From the NCBI RefSeq assembly GCF_006345805.1, contig NW_021823579.1, positions 1-22,146 on the forward strand: a stretch of 22,146 nt of DNA, written 5' to 3'. A model generated the notes under the pieces. The model was not told the origin of the DNA, did no database searches, and was given only the letters and a program-made list of their open reading frames with translations. The DNA comes from Octopus sinensis. Its lineage: Eukaryota. Positions 19,672-22,146 of the stretch are shown one piece after another (within the stretch, counting starts at the first letter, position 1; each line of letters begins with the position of its first letter). The position numbers and the translations under genes are program-made.

Positions 19672-21357
19672 GACAATAATGAACTTGAAGGCCTATTGCG
19701 CACTGTGAAAGCATTCAGCGATGACATCGGGATAGAGTTTGGACTTGAGAAGTGTGCCAAGGCCACTTTCCAGAAAGGGAAAGTGAAGACCACAAATTCA
19801 GTCGTGTTAGATGTTGACACAGTCATAAGAGAGCTTGAGCAAGAACAAACATACAAATATTTAGGGATAAATGAAGGCTCTGGTATTCAGCATGCAAGCA
19901 TGAAAGAGAAGATCAGGAAGGAATGTTATAGGAGAGTTCGTGCAGTCCTGAAATCTGAACTAAATGCACGTAACAAGGTGTTAGCTATAAATTCCTTAGC
20001 GGTTCAGCTGTTACTTATAGCTACAATGTGTTGAATGGAATATGAGTGAAGTAAAGAATATAGATAGGAAAATACGCAAGCTGCTGAGTTGTAATAGGAT
20101 GCACCACCCAAAGGCAGACGTAGATCGCCTTTACCTTCGCAGAGCCCAAGGAGGTCGAGGCCTGATCCAATTTGAACTAGCTTACAAAACAACCACAATT
20201 GGACTGGCCAAATATCTCGAAATAACGAATGACTGGATGCTAAAGCTCGTGGAACATCACGAGAGACGAAAGATGCTTCATTCTATCATAAAGGAAAGCA
20301 AAAAATATGCTATTGATCTCGTGCAGGATACCAAAACTGAACAACCCGAGGGAAGTACGGCAACTATTGTTGCAAAGAAGGTGAAAATAATGGCAACGAA
20401 AAAAGCGCACGAGCAATTGCTGATAGGTGGGAGGAGACACCTCTGCACGGCAAATATGTGGCCCGCAGCAAACAAGCTGATGTTGACCAGAAGCAAACCC
20501 ATCAGTGGCTACGGAGCTCGGGGCTAAAAGCAGAGAGCAAAGGTTTCATCCTGGCTGCTCAAGATTAAAGCCTATTAACCCGGAAACCCAGGCCAATGTG
20601 ATGAAAAATGGAGACCCAAAATGCCGCGATTCTGCAACGACATGATTGAAAAGTGGACCACCTAATCTCTGGATGTAAAGTCTTAGCAACCAGTGGAGTA
20701 TAAATTAAGACATGACAGAGTTGGCCACAATTCCACTAGCTAATAAGTCGGTATTACAATATCAAAACTGCCGACAAGTGGTATAATCACCACCCTGAGG
20801 CTGTAACTGAAGGAGAAAATGTAACCATTCTGTGGGACTTTCCAGTACATACATACCGAACCATCAAGACCAATAAACCAGATATTGTTGTGAAAGACCA
20901 AAACAATAAAGTTTGCTTATTGATCGACATGAGTATCCCCTGTGATCATAATATCTCAGCGAAAGAGTTTGACAAGCTCAGAAAATATAAAGACCATCTC
21001 ATTGAAATTGAGAAAATGTTGCATCTCAAGACGGTTACAATACCAGTGATCGTAGGAGCACTAGGAATGATCAAGAAGGGAACCGAAAATTATATGAGAA
21101 TGATCCCTGGATTACCATCCTTGCAAGAAGTGCAAAAGATTGTCTTAACTGGTACATCACACGTATTGAGAAGAGCATTGTCGATGTGAGAACTGTTGCT
21201 GCTCATGTATTTTAATTTAACTTAAAAATAAAAAATGAACGAGCTATTGAGTTTGGTTTAATGGCCTACCAATGTATACTATGAGTTTCTTTGCCCTAGG
21301 AGTCGGGAAGACACTCGACAAGAAATGGAAGCAAATTTGAAAGAAGAAAAAAAAAAG
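19669..21357 (+). mobile_element. R4/Dong-clade subfamily D, 5'-truncated just after YMDD; thumb, CCHC, RLE, 3' UTR
   Basis: Reads KDNNELEGLLRTVKAFSDDIGIEFGLEKCAK...YKYLG...HPKADVDRLYL..AQGGRGL...HLISGC...RHDRVG...KPDIVVKD...CLLIDMSIP...KLRKYKD...IPVIVGALG...HVLRRALSM* (stop 21187-21189). Hairpin at 21302-21312. (TAA)n on both sides. The least decayed copy, but still has frameshifts and stops. Confidence 0.96.
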
Positions 21358-21375
21358 TAATAATAATAATAATAA
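21358..21375. repeat. (TAA)n tail
   Basis: Direct reading. Confidence 0.9.
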
Positions 21376-21396
21376 CAACAAAAACAATCCTATCTT

Positions 21397-21515
21397 ATTT
21401 TGGCACAGGATAGCAATGTTGAGGGGTGGAGAATCCATTATATCGACCACAGTTCTCAACTGATACTTATGTTATCGACCCTAAAATGATGGCAGATTAA
21501 TTTGAACGTAAAGAG
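21397..21515 (-). mobile_element. Highly degenerate SINE, same family and tail type as 4964-5140
   Basis: ATTTTGGCACAGG..AGCAAT...ATCGACC.CAGT..TCAACTG.TACTTAT.TTATCGACCC..AA.GATG aligns by eye with 4976-5090. Confidence 0.6.
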
Positions 21516-21944
21516 CAGTTACTATGTGACAATTACTTGATATCAGAAAAATATTGGAAATTGAATATAGAAGTACAGAAATATTTATGCATAACATAAT
21601 ATGCGACGCATAATCAGGGTCAAATCTTGTGTTAAAATGTCTATTAAGTGTACGTTTCGCTATTCTTTGGACGCTTATGAGGTGAAATTAGTGCAAAACA
21701 GGCTACACTTTTATGTAAATATATTATAAAGCAAGGATATCATACCCAAGAAAGGTTAATGCAGAAAATCGAATTTATGTTGATCCCTCTGTTATTCTTG
21801 GAGATTCAAATCAAATTTAATATAATATGCACAACGTATTCAATCACTGGTCAATACAAGATGTCTGATAATTTGTATGCTTGCCATATAACAGTGAAAC
21901 GAATAAAGGCTGGGGTTAATGTATCTTTCAAGTTATAGCAAACT

Positions 21945-22146
21945 AAAGATGGAAATATATTAGTAATGCCGCTGAAAATTGACATTATATTTAAACTTTC
22001 CTATGGTGACCTATTGTCTGTTGAGTCAAATGTAAAGTAAGACAGAGAAGGAATATTTCAATAAGAAGATTGAAATGGGGTGATTGTGGAATACAATGAG
22101 GGTAAAGAGACACTTGGGTAACATATAGATTTAAAAGTACAGTTAA
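21945..22146 (+). mobile_element. Possible RTE-like LINE RT domain-1 relic (runs off the window)
   Basis: Reads REGIFQ*ED*NGVIVEYNEGKETLG from 22044, resembling EGxIPxDWxxxxIVxxYKGKGDxL. Confidence 0.35.

Noticed and set aside
16534-21357. Intact, active R4 element or functional CDS
   Set aside because: Both of the best copies are 5'-truncated and contain multiple in-frame stops and frameshifts, including at YMDD in subfamily X.
10384-21375. CRISPR array or telomeric array interpretation of the repeat-spacer-repeat layout
   Set aside because: The spacers are retrotransposon fragments of variable length and the repeats are microsatellites. There are no cas genes and no TTAGGG tracts, and the context is eukaryotic.

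Overview
Eukaryotic, AT-rich, gene-poor DNA made almost entirely of decayed transposons and microsatellites. I found no intact protein-coding gene, rRNA, tRNA or CRISPR array. The SINE and repeat types resemble those I recall from Octopus/cephalopod genomes (an inference, not a database result). From left to right: a probable Helitron 5' end (1-242); a 3'-truncated Tx1/L1-type LINE on the minus strand (1062-2545; ORF1 with CCHC knuckle and Thr-rich tract, ORF2 APE start); an R4/Dong-type RLE fragment and a non-coding element, both bounded by (TAA)n (2560-3582); tRNA-derived SINEs, one with a perfect 13-bp TSD; and old relics of Helitron, Hero-like, L2-like, CR1-like and RTE-like elements. The dominant structure, at about 10.3-21.4 kb, is a head-to-tail array of about ten R4/Dong-clade non-LTR retrotransposon pieces from several subfamilies. 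Almost all are on the + strand and each is separated by (TAA)n-derived compound microsatellites. The most notable signals are this apparently self-seeding (TAA)n landing-pad array, a covarying 3'-UTR stem-loop (mostly GG-containing 5-nt loop) at a near-constant distance from the tail in divergent subfamilies, and a twin-priming-like inverted RT segment. All element ORFs carry stops or frameshifts. The long low-complexity ORFs in the supplied track are microsatellite artefacts.
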